Source: Octopus sinensis
Taxonomy: Eukaryota
Assembly (NCBI RefSeq): GCF_006345805.1
Contig: NC_043001.1
Span: 49,848,001-49,912,000 of the forward strand
Length of the DNA: 64,000 nucleotides
Direction: 5' to 3'
Below, one piece after another: positions 40,741-54,332 of the stretch (positions are counted from its first letter, which is position 1; every line of letters begins with the position of its first letter). The position numbers and the translations under genes were made by a program. The notes below the pieces were generated by a model. That model was not told the DNA's origin. It ran no database searches and worked only from the letters and a program-made list of their open reading frames with translations.

Positions 40741-42780
40741 AAATGTGTGAATCTGGTAGAAATGATTTCTTCATTATTAAGATGGTGCTATGGGGCAGGG
40801 ACCTAGTGGTAAAGTTATTGGATTTACAATCATAAGTCTGTAGGTACAATTCCTTGACTTGGCAATACATTGTGCCTTTAAGCAAGGTGCTCTAATTCAC
40901 ATAGAACCAATCTAATCAGCTCAGAATTAGTATCAGCTGAACGCTGGTGTGAAGCCTCCTAACTTCCTATAGTGACATCTTTGATATTCTACTGGAATAT
41001 TGAGCAGGAAAGCTGAGTAGGTGTTTATGCCTGTTCATAACTAAAAGTCATCAACAACAATTAGTGTTGAAAGGATAAATGTCACCAAAGCATACTCAAT
41101 TGTTAGTGCCGGATAGGGGTGTGTGGAGTGGCAGAATCATGAGAGCATTGAAGAAATGCTTTGCAGCAGCATTTGTTTTGGCTCTTCACATTCTTGAGTT
41201 CAAATCCTGCTGAGAACTTTACCTTTCATCCTTCTAGGATTTGATGACAAAGTATCAGTCAAATACTGGGGAACATTTCATTGATTAGTCTGCACTCAGA
41301 AATTTCTAGCCTTGTGCCTATATTAGAAGCAGTTATTAAGATGGCGTTTGGTGTTCAAGTTAGATAAGAACAAAAGATTCTTATATGAATTTTTTGATGG
41401 GAGATTTTAGTTTGAACACTAACATCATTCAAATTTGGATTTATCAATCACCAAACTAGGGGTGGTCTACAATGGGTCGATAGCAAAAGAGTTTAACAAC
41501 ATGTTGAGAGGAGGGGTTGGACAAGCCACACACACACACACACACACCTATGTAAAATTAGTTAGGATATTTCAGAAATAATTTTGCTCTGATTGTTATT
41601 TACACTTGACTTAACACTAGTCAAGCACACCTCGCCTTAAAAGCATTCAAGTCAAGGCCATCCTGCAAGCCAATGAAGGGGCCTGTACATTGATCACATG
41701 AATTACTAGAAACAGTAGGCTAATAAACCTTAAGACACACCCTATCATCTTACAAAAGAAAGAAAGTAATAAAAAGAAATATTAGATAATGTAGGCCAGG
41801 ATACACCAGATATGATGTTTGATTAGAATGGTATTTGGTTAAGATGTTAAGATTCCACAGGCCAAAGATGAGGAGTCCACACTGTGCCTTATCTTTGATC
41901 TGTTCCTGTTTTGACGTTCCTAACAGATTCCCTCCATTAACTACAAAGGCCATTAGAGAACTACAGCCTTCTTAACTAATGATGGATTTTACAGACCTCT
42001 CATTAGACACTACTACTGGTTTTTTTTTTTTCCTTATATGCTTAGATTGTTTACTGGCATAGAAATACTCAGTTACAATAGCCTTTTATTATTATTAAGG
42101 CAGTGGAGTGCATCAGACAAAATGCCTTGAGATATCTAAGTTATGGTCCTTTAACTTCTGAATTTAAATCCAACTGAAACTGACTTTACCTTTCATTCTT
42201 CCAAGGTCGATCAAATAAAGTACTTACTAGTTAAGTACAAGGGTCGATACATTCAACTATTCCTTTCCCCAAATTAGAGAATCTGTTCGCATGTAAGAAA
42301 TCACCATCATCATTATTGTCGTTGTTATTATTTAAGGAACAAGCTGGCAAAATTGTTAGCATACCGGGCAAAATCCAAAGTGGCATTTTGTCCATCTTTA
42401 TGTTCAATGTTCAAACTCCACTAGGATTGACTTTGCCTTTCATCTTTCTGAGGTTGATAAAGAACCAGTTGAGCACTGGAGTTCATGCAATTGACTATGG
42501 CACACCCACAGAAAATGGCAAATTCATTATATATATATATTAACCTTATTCATTAATTTATTCTTTTATTTGTTTCAGTCATTTGACTGTAGCCATGCTG
42601 GAGCATCACCTTTAGTCGAACAAATCAACCTCAGGACATTCTTTGTGAGCCTAATACTTATTCTATCAGCTTCATTTACTGAACTACTAAGTTACGAGAA
42701 TGTAAACACACCAGCATCGGTTGTCAAGCAATGGTGGTGGGACAAACATGGACACACAAACATATATATATATATATATA

Positions 42781-43078
42781 CTTTATTTAAAGCAGCAGAA
42801 AATTAAACAAAACCTGTTACTCTGAGTTTCCCGTTGCCGTTCATCGGACAGTTTTTGCTAGAATGGAACCGATATGGACATATCGGTTTTTGCTAGAATG
42901 GAACCGATATGGACATATCGGTTCCATTCTAGCAAAAGCTGTCCGATGAACGGCAACGGGAAACTCAGAGTAACAGGTTTTGTTGAATTTTCTGCTGCTT
43001 TAAATAAAGCATATTACTCTACCACTGGTATTTGAGTACTCTTTTTTCCACCTTGTTTCACATTTATGTGTTTACTCC

Positions 43079-43080
<2 letters not shown>
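42781..43080. mobile_element. Fold-back Penelope-like repeat (family H2) inserted in a (TA)n tract
   Basis: Inverted arms from 42781 and to 43009, a tandem duplication of about 35 bp (tttttgctagaatggaaccgatatggacatatcgg) at the apex, (TA)n on both flanks. Confidence 0.7.
42932..42983 (+). ncRNA. Minimal hammerhead-like motif, U4C core variant (mirror copy on the minus strand at 42814-42851)
   Basis: gcaaaa-g-CTGT-CCGATGA-A-CGGCAACGG-GAAA-CTC-A-GAG-TA-ACAG-g-ttttgt: interrupted stem I, weak stem II, palindromic stem III, GUA triplet. Confidence 0.5.
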
Positions 43081-43129
<49 letters not shown>

Positions 43130-43599
43130 GATGGGATTCTTTCAGTTTCCGTTTACCAAATCCACTCACAAGGCCTCGGTTGGTTCAAGGCTATAGTAGA
43201 AGACACTTGCCGAAAGTGCCATGCAGTTGGACTGAACCTGGAACTATGTTGTTGGGAAGCAAGCTTCTTACTACAAAGCCTCTCCTCATCAGAAATGTTC
43301 AAAATTTGGTGGCATTGAGTCTGGCAGCACACCTAATATAACAACCACCATATGCCACTCCTCTGGTGTCTCCTTTTGATTGAGGTAAACCCCACCTGTT
43401 TTTGTATTGTATTTCATCCTTTGATAATGTCCTCAAAGTTTTGGGTTAATGTCCTCAAAAAAACATAATTCACCTTTAATGACTAGAGATAAAATCATAT
43501 TTCCTCCTCTGCATATCAAACTAGGCCTCATTAAACAGTATGTAAAAGTTTTAGTTACAAAAGGCAGTGTTTCAAATACATAACTTGAAATGAATACAT

Positions 43600-43960
43600 A
43601 GCGCAGGAGTGGCTGTGTGGTAAAAAGCTTTCTTCCCAACCACATGGTTCCGAGTTCAGCCCCACTGTGTAGTTCCTTGGGCCAACCAAAGCCTTGTGAG
43701 TGGATCTGGTAGACAGAAACTGAAAGAAGCCCATCACGTGTGTGTGTGTGTGTGTGTGTGCATGTAACTGTGTTTGTCCCCACCGCTATTGCTCGACAAC
43801 TGATGTTGGAGTGTTTACATCCCCATAACTTAGTGTCTCAGCAAAAGAGACCAATAGAATAAGTACTAGGCTTACAAAGAATAAGTGCTGGGGTCAGTTC
43901 ATTCAACTAAAGGTGGTGCTTCAACATGGCCACAGTCAGATGACTGAAACAAGTAAAAGA
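43600..43960 (+). mobile_element. SINE family A with a small internal deletion
   Basis: agcgcaggagtggctgtgtggtaa...gactgaaacaagtaaaag. Confidence 0.8.
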
Positions 43961-43994
43961 ATCAACTTGGAAAATAAAAACAGAAGAAGAAAAA

Positions 43995-44722
43995 AATCAA
44001 GACTGGAATTTTCGACAGTCCACAAATAAGAACATTAATTAAAGACTGCGATTTTCCTAACATCATGAAGGAACACAAAAACATGTCTGCTTCTCATTTG
44101 TTGACTTAATAGCAAACTTTTTAGGCAAATACAGGGCAGATAACTATGAAGAAATCATTAAAAAAATACTTTTAAGGGACTACAAAGAGCTAGGTTGCAA
44201 TATGAATGTAAAAATGCATTTTTTTTAATAGCCATCTTGACCAATTTTAAAGTAATTTAGGTGCTGTAAGGGGGCAGATCCACCAAGATATCAAAATTAT
44301 GGAGAACAGTACCAAGGATGCTGGGATTCCCACATGATGGATGATTACATTTGGTGCTTGAAAAGAGATCTGCCATCAACAAGTAAGTATGCTAGAAAAT
44401 CTTATAAAAGAAAATTTCTGCCAGAGTGAAAGCTTCATATCTTTATTTATTTATTTTTTTTTTCATTTTAAAGCATTTCTATTGTTATAATGCAATTTTA
44501 CAGTAGGGTTGAACTGTTTATATTCATGAAACTTGAAAATGAATTTGAACACGGGACTTAATTTCTTAGTCCTGATTTGAAAAAATCTGGAAAATGGCAC
44601 ATAGGCTGTTGACAAGAATCAGGACCTCATAGAGCCAAACAGAGTTGAAATTCGTACTCAGAACACCCAAATTACTTAGAATCAAGTGTCAGATAGCATT
44701 CAATAAAATGTGTTCCCCAGTG
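43995..44722 (+). mobile_element. 3' part of a Chapaev3-like (CMC) DNA transposon
   Basis: Hand translation with frameshifts: GIFDSPQIRTLIKD...NFLGKYRADNYEEII...LGCNMNVKMHF...SHLDQF...HQDIKIME...QGCWDSHMMDDYIWCLKRD; the right end reads CACTGGGGAACAC on the minus strand. Superfamily assignment is from recall. Confidence 0.6.
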
Positions 44723-47700
44723 TAATAATTATCCTTCCTTAATAATAATAATTATCATTATTATTATTAAGGAGGGAAGCTGCAGAAAAATAGATCAGGA
44801 GGCAAAATACCTTGCAGTGCTAAGTCAAGTCCCTTTATGCATCAAGTTTGAATGCTGCCATGGTTGACATTGCCTTTTTAATTTAAACATAAGTATCAGA
44901 GTTGATTAATTGTATTATGCATATCATTAATAATTCTTGACGTTTCCAAAATGAAGCTCTTATGAGAAGAAAATGACAAAATCGAAAGCTTGGTGAAGTA
45001 CTGAAGATTTTTTTTATGATTAAACATTATTTAATTTTAAGTAATTATAATATCTGACAGTAATTGCGACTTTTTCAGCCACACTTCTCAGACTTAATAT
45101 ATTTTTTTCCCCTACATGTTGATAATTTTAGAAATTTTAGAATTCATTAAGTATGCACAGCCTCAGAATATGTAACTTTGTACTACAGTTATAAGTCATT
45201 ATTATAATTGACAGACTCTTCCGTTGAAGACATATGAGTGTTCAACTTTTGCCGAACGACCTGCACAAATGATTTGTTTATAGTGATCAAATGTATGTGC
45301 CATACATTAGCTCACTCCCTCCATCAAATCAATATTGCCTGAACAAATACATGGTGTGTCTGGTGTTGAAGGCATCACAGCCTAACACGAGATGAAGTGT
45401 TTTGCTCAAGAACACAATAAACCATCTGGTCTAGGAATTGAAACCATGACCTCGTGATAATGAGTAACATCCTAACCACTAGGCTATGCATCCTCACTTA
45501 TTAATAACATATCATTATTAGAGGTATTATTGTTGTTTAGCCTCAAGTCAACTCTGATCAGAGACACAGAATCAAAAGCCAATACAGACATGACCATCAC
45601 ATTTATTTTACTTCTTCAGCTACAGGGTTACCTAGAATCACATTATTCAATGTGATGCTTTCTCTTTTCCTAAAGATGATAGGGTGTGGTTTTGGGGAGA
45701 TCTGACTTGTACTTCTTGAAGACTCAGTGACCATGCAAAGGCTTTTAGAAAAGGAATGAAGACAAGTTGGACTAAATGCCTTTGGAGTATATAGTTACAT
45801 CTCTTTACATCCTGAGTTTAAATCAAGCTTGACTTGGCTTGCCTTTCACTAGAAGCTGATAGTCAATTGGCTATAATTCCAGCCCTACAGTCACGAGAAT
45901 GTGTGAAACGTTTCTTTTAGTAATCAATGTTCCTAGACAGTTTCCTACATCAGTATCAAAATATAAATACAAACTCGATACAGAGATAACAGAATATAAC
46001 CAATAATTAATAATGGATAACAAAGCCAAACTATTTCCTGATAATAGCAGAAGAAATCTGACAGCAACAAGCAAAATATGTAAAAATATATTGATAATGA
46101 ATGGGAACCAGACACAGTATCTTTCATTTAGCAGCAAAAAATAGCAATAATTGTTATCATCATTACCGTAACTATTTCAGGAAGGCCTGAAACATCAGAG
46201 GACATTGGATAATTTAGTGCTGTAAACAAACATAGCCATATGGTTAACAAGATCATTTTGAAACCATGAGAGGGCAGGTTCAATTCTCTATATGGCACTA
46301 TGGGTAAAATGTCTGACTGTTGCCCTCTGCTTGACAAATAGTCTTCTCGAGATAGAAACAGTGAGGAATACTTTATTGTGTGTGTGTGTGTGTGCGCACA
46401 CATGTGTGTCTGTATAACCATGTATCTGTGTTTGGGACTATGTTTTACCGGTGTAAATCAATGTAACAAGTTGGGTTTCTTTATGTCAAAAACATGATTC
46501 AGCAATCTGATAGATTAATCCATTAGCATTTAAACTGGCCATATCTGGTCCAAATATCCTACTGTCCAGATCTGGCCTCTTGCACCTACCCTGCAATGTC
46601 ATCCAAAAAATAAACAATCACATCATTGAAATATTGAAGCTACAAGATAACACATGAGTAATTCAAAACAATGTGAATTGGTTAGCATTACATTTCCAAA
46701 GTAATCCGAGTACCAAAGGGTTTTAAAAATTGCTTTCAGATTGAAATTAGTAGTGGTGACAATACAATTGATTAAAACTAATGCAATTCATGAAACCTTT
46801 AAATGTGAAGCTCCAACATGGCCACATGGCAATGCGTTAAAAATAATCAATGAACTACCAAAAAATTCATCTTTAAAAAAAAAAACACAGACAGGACAAA
46901 AGTTAAGTTATGGCTTCAGTAATCAATCTTACACACACATACACACACACCTATACATTTGAATTGCCAAGATAACTGAGAGTGTCTGGCTGGCTGATTG
47001 ATGGATGGATGGTAGGTGATCTATTTAGCATTTGATTTCATCTCGTTTTGTAATTTTTAAGGTGTGGGGTATGCAGCAGACGAAGCATAGTTGATATAGC
47101 TAACATAAATCATATATCATATGCATACACACAATCTAATTTATATGCCAAACATCTACCCGAGTTCTTTAATATTTTCTTACTTGCAGCAATCTCTCCT
47201 CCACATCCACCTCTATGTAACAGAAGTCTGAGCTCATGGTAAATCTCTTTCCAAATATTTCTTGCCAACCAGCAGCTACCCCACCTAGATGTACAGACAC
47301 TGTACACACACACATAAACACACAAGATACACATAACCTCTTAGCTATGAGAAATTATCTCAACATCTGAATAGTAATGACAAAATATAGAAATTTTAAT
47401 GTATGTGTGTATGATGAGGCTGTTAATGTTGCTGAAAATTAGGCTTAATTGTTGCCAAGGGGGCTGCTATTTGTACGTTCAAATTCCTAGAAAGAGCAGC
47501 CAAAAGTATTTCAAAATAGCCCTATGGGAAACAATAGATAATGTAACTGTGTATATACTATGCCTGAAAAAGTGACATGGTGACCACAGCAAGAAAGTAT
47601 GTACGATGATTAGCAGTCAATGAAGTTTGATGCAGAGTTACATAAATGTTTCAAGTTATGGCACAGGACCAGCAATTTGTTCACACTGACCCCAGTATTT

Positions 47701-48759
47701 GGCTAGTACTTATTTTATTAACTCCATCTTTAGGATAAAGAAGTATTAGTTGATGGAGGTTTGGCTGGTATTTCTAGCAGGTTGGGTGATCACATAGTCC
47801 TTCCCATTGACTCATTGTATATGTAGATGGAAGATAGAAGGCAAAGCTGACATTAGCAGGATTAGAACTCTGAATGTAAAGAACTGGAAGAAATTCTCCT
47901 AAGCAATTTGTCAACATACTATATAATTTGCAATAATAATAATAAGCAAGCACAGTGTGTGTGTGTGTGTGTGTGTGTGAACAATTAATATCTATGCTTT
48001 ATGTGTATGTGAGAGAGGAGAGAGAGAGAGAGAGAGAGAGAGAATGCGTGCAAATGCTGATGTTCCAAAACTTTACTTGACACCGTCTCACTGAAATAGA
48101 GATATGATATTTACATTTTTTGTTGACATCATGTCCACCCACTCTACACATTGGAAGACCAGTGGAATAAAACAAAATCTCTTAATTCAGAAATAAATAA
48201 GGTTTGGCAATTAAGTAGGGAATCTGGCCATCAAATTCAGCATCAAGTAAGTCCTTCTCCAACCCAAACCAGGTTGTAAAAAATGTAAGTCGAAAGAACA
48301 AACAATAATATTAGTGAATTTTATACTAAAACACACACGCATCTGCAAAAAGTAGGGTCTGAGAATATGAATGAAGAGAATTGGATAAAAGAGATGTAAT
48401 GAGGGTGTTGAAGTTTAGAACATCTTATGTATGTACATATACACACACACACATATCTATACACATGTGTATACATATATAGATATACATATTTATACAG
48501 AGGTGTAAATGCATACAAGGATACACATGCACACACACACACACACACATATACACACGTGTGTGTATAGCTACACATATTCATCCATACATACTCACAC
48601 ACATACATATGCACACACATACATGCACACACACATACAGGTATGTGTAAATATATGACAGTGCAACAAATAATCCCAGTGAAAAGAAGCCCGTAGAAGA
48701 CAACAACCAAGGTAAATGTGTTACAACGCAGTGAAAGATGACCTCAAGATGCCATACCT

Positions 48760-49001
48760 ATTTCTTTATTACCCACCAGGGGCTAAACACAGAGGAGACA
48801 AACAAGGACAGACATAGGTATTAAGTCGATTACATCGACCCCAGTGCGTAACTGGTACTTAATTTATCGACCCTGAAAGGATGAAAGGCAAGGTCGACCT
48901 TGGCGGAATTTGAACTCACAAATTCCACCGAGGTCGACTTTGCCTTTCATCCTTTCAGGGTTGATAAATTAAGTACCAGTTACGCACTGGGGTCGATGTA
49001 A
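48760..49001. mobile_element. SINE family C insertion with a fold-back 5' inversion and a 16-bp TSD
   Basis: tcaagatgccatacct at 48744-48759 and 49002-49017; about 48820-48915 is inverted at about 48920-49003. Confidence 0.85.
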
Positions 49002-50240
49002 TCAAGATGCCATACCTCCTAAAGAAGACGATGAATGACAACACCATGTGGTGAAATGCTGCAAAATACTGAGCTGGTGCAGACCTGCCCAACCAATGCC
49101 ATTACCACATGACAGACAAACTGGTGATGATGACTGTATGTGTACCTAATAATTCAACTACATATACAATGAGTCAATGAGAGGGTGGGAAGGACTATGT
49201 GATCACCCAACCTGCTAGAAATACCAGCCAAACCTCCATCAACTAATACTTCTTTATCCCGAAAATGGAAGGACACATTTAATGCACTTGGTCACTGGCA
49301 GGATGCCTTTTATCATAAGGATTAACAGATCAAGGTTCACCTGACGATTAGCAACAATAACAACTAGTTTCATAATGTAATGTAATGTGTGTGTATATGT
49401 GTGTTTGTGTGTGTGTGTGTGTTCTTGCACGTGCATGTAAAAGCTTGAATGGAATATTTTCAAAATAAACATTTTAGAAAGAAAAAATAAATAACAGATA
49501 TATATATATATATTTCTCAGAGGAAATATGTTAATCTGCAAGATAGAAACTATCCAGTGGTATCTAGAAGATTCCTTATCTGGTCTCACGCCTCCACCAC
49601 AGACTCTTCCTACCATTACTTCATTGTTTGTCTAAGATGTGACATCAGCATCACAGGGAGCCAGCATAATCCGGCTGTGGGAGGAGGATAGTGGTGGAGG
49701 AATATAGCAGATACATGTGTGGGTTTGTACAAGTGTATGTGAATACACATACTCACCAATGTAAGAGAAACGCGTTATAGATGAACCAACGAGGTAGTTT
49801 TTATATGAGGTCACCAAACCTGCTAAAAATAGCACCCAAATCTTGTTCAAATCACATTCTAGTCTTAAAAAGGAAAAGACACGCTGCATAATGTCGTCTT
49901 CGGTATCCTTAAGAAGACAAAGTGGTCGTGACTAGAACATGTCTTAACATAGGTCTTATTCAATCACGTTCGACCTGGGGCTAAACAACCCCAACCTCAT
50001 TCATTCATTGACATTTATCCTGTTAATTAGGGTACAGGGCACTGGCACTTCCTCTCAAGTCTAAAGGAACTGCTATAGGTGTCACAGTAACTGGATATCA
50101 CACTTCCTCTTTTTCTTTAGACCCCTCTTGCAGTTGGATCATCCTGCTTCCTTGTGATACTGATATTGCCTCTGACTTAAGAGGGTGATTCCTTTTTAAA
50201 TGGAAGGTGTCAGCAATAAGGTGGGGTTATGGCAAAGTAC

Positions 50241-50273
<33 letters not shown>

Positions 50274-50578
50274 ACAAAATGAAGCATATAGACATGTGTT
50301 ACTGTGTGTGTAAGGATATATGTAAAGTAACTAAAAGTAAATGGATTAATGATTTGGGGTATGAATATTCATATACTCTTTTTTTTTTTTACTTGTTTCA
50401 GTCATTTGACTTCGGCCATGCTGGAGCACCGCCTTTAATCGAGCAACTCAATCCCGCGACTTATTCTTTTGTAAGCCCAGTACTTATTCTATCGGTCTCT
50501 TTTGCTGAACCGCTAAGTAACGGGGACATAAACACACCAGCATCGGCTGTCAAGCAATGCTAGGGGGACAAACACAAA

Positions 50579-51029
<451 letters not shown>

Positions 51030-51389
51030 ATATATATATATATATATATACGATGGGCTTCTTTCAGTTTCTGTCTACCAAATCCACTCACAAGGCTTTG
51101 GTCGGCCCGAGGCTATAGTAGTTTCCGTCTACCAAATCCACTCACAAGGCTTTGGTCGGCCCGAGGCTATAGTAGAAGACACTTGCCCAAGGTGCCATGC
51201 AGTGGGACTGAACCTGCTATTTACCACACAGACACTCCTGCGTCTATATATTTAAAAAATTTATCTGATTCCTAAATTAGCATGTAAGTGGCTGGATTTT
51301 CCCCAAACACATATCTACTCTTAATTCCCAGACAGAATTAGTGTGACAGTGTATGACAAGGCAAAACCAATGAATCCACAGATGACGAG

Positions 51390-51720
51390 TGTTCCAGTTG
51401 ATTTGATCGATGGAACAACCTGCTCATGAAATTAACATGCAAGCACTCCACAGACATGTACTCTTAATGCACATGAAATTAACATGCAAGCACTCCACAG
51501 ACATGTACTCTTAATGCAGTTCTCAAGAAGATACAGCACGACACAGAATGTAACAAAAGCTGGCCCTTTAAATTACAGGCACAATTCATTTTTGCCAGAT
51601 GAGTGAACTGGAGCAACAAGAAATAAAAATTGTCTTGCTCAAAGACACAACATGCTTCTGTGTATCAAGTTCACAACTTTACAGTCAGGAGCTGAATATC
51701 CTAACCACAAGTGCAGTCCA
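51390..51720 (-). mobile_element. Third SINE-like family (tRNA-like head, gtcttgctcaa central block), diverged
   Basis: Shares blocks such as tcttgctcaa..acacaac and cctaaccac with 45330-45495 and 62860-62990; 47-bp perfect tandem duplication at 51425-51518. Confidence 0.55.
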
Positions 51721-52957
51721 TTCAATGGGCTCTCAAACTGCTTTTGTCTACCAGAATTCACTCACAATTCATGGGCTGCCACATATTGAGATTGAGCCAA
51801 TGACCTTGTGATTACAAAACAAACTTCTTAACCAGTCTGCTAGGTTGCATCAATATGTAAGTATATTATGAGCATGTGTAAACTCACACAAACATGAATG
51901 TGAGAGAAAAAGTGAATGGGTGTTGTGGATAAAGTAATGGGGAAGATCTCTATGACCTGCAAAAATTAACAGCAAAACCTCTCCTACCACACCAAATCAT
52001 CTATAAAATATGGTGGTGGTGGGGAAATGACATATTCATTAATGTAGTCTTGGATAGCCCAAAAACAAACAACAGAATAGTAACAGCTGTATTGCCATCA
52101 AACACGAGTCTACTTGCTCCAAGTTAAACCTGTGGCTAAACAACAACATATGCTACAAACATCTGAGCAAGGTTGATGATCACAGCAACATTGATAGTAT
52201 TTATTTGTAACATATTTCTGTCAGGTCATGCATGGGTGCTACTGATGATGTGTAGTAGACATGACTGGGTCATCAACAACTAAAATGGCTGCCTCACTAG
52301 ACTAGCCTGATGTGGAGGGTTGCCAGAACCTTATCAAACGGATAAATGAACTTAACACAGGAGTATTACATCACACACACACATGTGTGTGTGTGTGTGT
52401 GTGTGCATATGTATATACATACTCATACATATTTATACATAGAAACACACAAATACATAACAGTCTATATATCTTCATATATAATAGATAGAAATTTGCC
52501 AATAAATTGGTTTGCCAAACAAAAATGCTTTGTAGTATTTTTATCCCACACAATTTGTGCAGAGATGTTACCCGGTCCTTTAGCTTTGGCAATGCAGTAA
52601 GTGATTGGCCCATTAGCACCTCATTATCAATATGCCATTATTTTCAAAATACATGATGGAAACAAATTACACACATACGTATGTATGTATGTATACATAC
52701 CATCATCATTTAAGGTCCACTTTTCCAAGCTTGCAAGGGTTGGAGTGAATTTACTGAGGGCAGATTTTCTATGGTTGGATGCCCTTCCTGTTGCCAGACC
52801 TCACTCGTTTCCAAGAAAGTTAAATTTTTTTCATGATCAGAATAATGGAAATGAATCACACTTTGAATTCAAAGCATGAAGCTGAAAGAAATGTTGCTAA
52901 GAATTTTATCTGGTGTGTTAGTGATTCGGCTACCTTGACTTAATAACAATAACAACA

Positions 52958-53330
52958 ACAAGAACACTCAGCACAAACCTTTGCCAAGGCAACACCAAGG
53001 TTTTCTCAACGATTAGCTGGGTATGATTTTTAAAATGAGAATATCTGAAATAAACTTGACTGCTCTCAAAAACGAGAATACTAAAAATGAACTTGACCGC
53101 TCTCAAAAATTAAGTTAAAAAACCAGAAAAATAATCCAGAATCGTTGTCCAGTGCTAGATCACTCCCAAAATCTAATTAGTTTGTGCCAGTCATGAGACC
53201 AAACATCTCTGAAAGTTTCCTCTGAATCCATCCAGCAGTTCTTGAGATATCTTGTCCATGGACAAACAAACAAACAAACAAACAAACACTACTGAAAACA
53301 ATACTGCCACCTTTGTTAAGGTGGAGGTAA
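52958..53330. mobile_element. Non-autonomous Helentron/HINE (DINE-1-like) element
   Basis: Internal (ACAA)n tract, 3' stem-loop CCACCTT-tgtt-AAGGTGG (53307-53324) followed by aggtaataa, and a degenerate 5' sub-terminal motif acctttgcc; this is the DINE-1/HINE layout. Confidence 0.55.
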
Positions 53331-53589
53331 TAATAAACAATAACAGTACCAGGCAATGATTCTCATGGCTTTTGAATGCCCTGATGCAGTACCAGGAAGT
53401 GGCTCTCATGTCTTTTGATCTTAAACTGATTGGAAGTGTTATCATGTAGATTGCTTTGTTTTGGTACAAAAAGATGGGCTACAGCAAATATTCTCCTCAA
53501 TACCACAGATTTGCTTGTCAGTTGCTTGACCTTAACTAATGGAGCATGTCCCTTAATGGCTGACAATATGTGCATCTATGATCACGAGC

Positions 53590-53952
53590 AGAAGCAGTGG
53601 GGGAGCATCATAGCAATGTGTTGAGAGAAATTCTTTGGGGGTTTGAATAATTCACCTCTGAAAACATGGGTGTTTTGTTCATCCTTAAACAAACCTTATT
53701 CAGAGACCTTTTGAGGAGGATGAGCTACTCAACCTGAAAAAAATTCTAACAGGGCCTCATCTGCAAGGTCATGCAGTGTTCTTCTTTATATGAGATCACT
53801 ATATCGTGCACATGTGGTTGTAATGCATGTGCCTAGTGTACCCTTATCGGATGGGTAGTCATGATGGGTATATTGGGCTTCATTTATTTGTACCTGTGTC
53901 ACTTGATGGCATGCACTGCTCTCAATAATAATAATAATAATAATAATAATAA
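53590..53952 (+). repeat. Probable 3' end of a non-LTR retroelement with a (TAA)n tail
   Basis: GC-richer block ending abruptly in (AAT)n; family not assignable from sequence alone. Confidence 0.4.
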
Positions 53953-54267
53953 ACTGTTTCTAATATAGGCACAAGGCCTGAAATTTTAGGGGAGGCAGTT
54001 TAGTCAATACTGTTGATGCCTGGGACTTGACTAGTGCTTTACACTATCAACCCTGAGGCACGAAGGGTAAAGCTGACCTTGACAGTATTTGAACTCAGAA
54101 TGTAAAGAGTCAGAAGAAATATTATAAAGTATTTTTCCAACTCTCTTAGTTATTCTGCCAAGAAGCAGAAGAAGGAGGAGGAACATAAGATCATTTCCAG
54201 CTTCTACTTCAGCTTGATTTTCAGTTTAGTTTTCTTCCTTTGAACAACCACTCCTATTTCACTCTCT

Positions 54268-54332
<65 letters not shown>

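Larger units (their letters stand above)
42561..43272 (-). mobile_element. SINE family A split by a nested fold-back element
   Basis: The tail half ends in (TA)n at 42780; the head half resumes after (TA)n at about 43128. Confidence 0.8.

Noticed and set aside
42850-42925. Short direct repeats that might be taken for a CRISPR array (also 19519-19584)
   Set aside because: Only two adjacent copies with no spacers, in a eukaryotic context with no cas genes.
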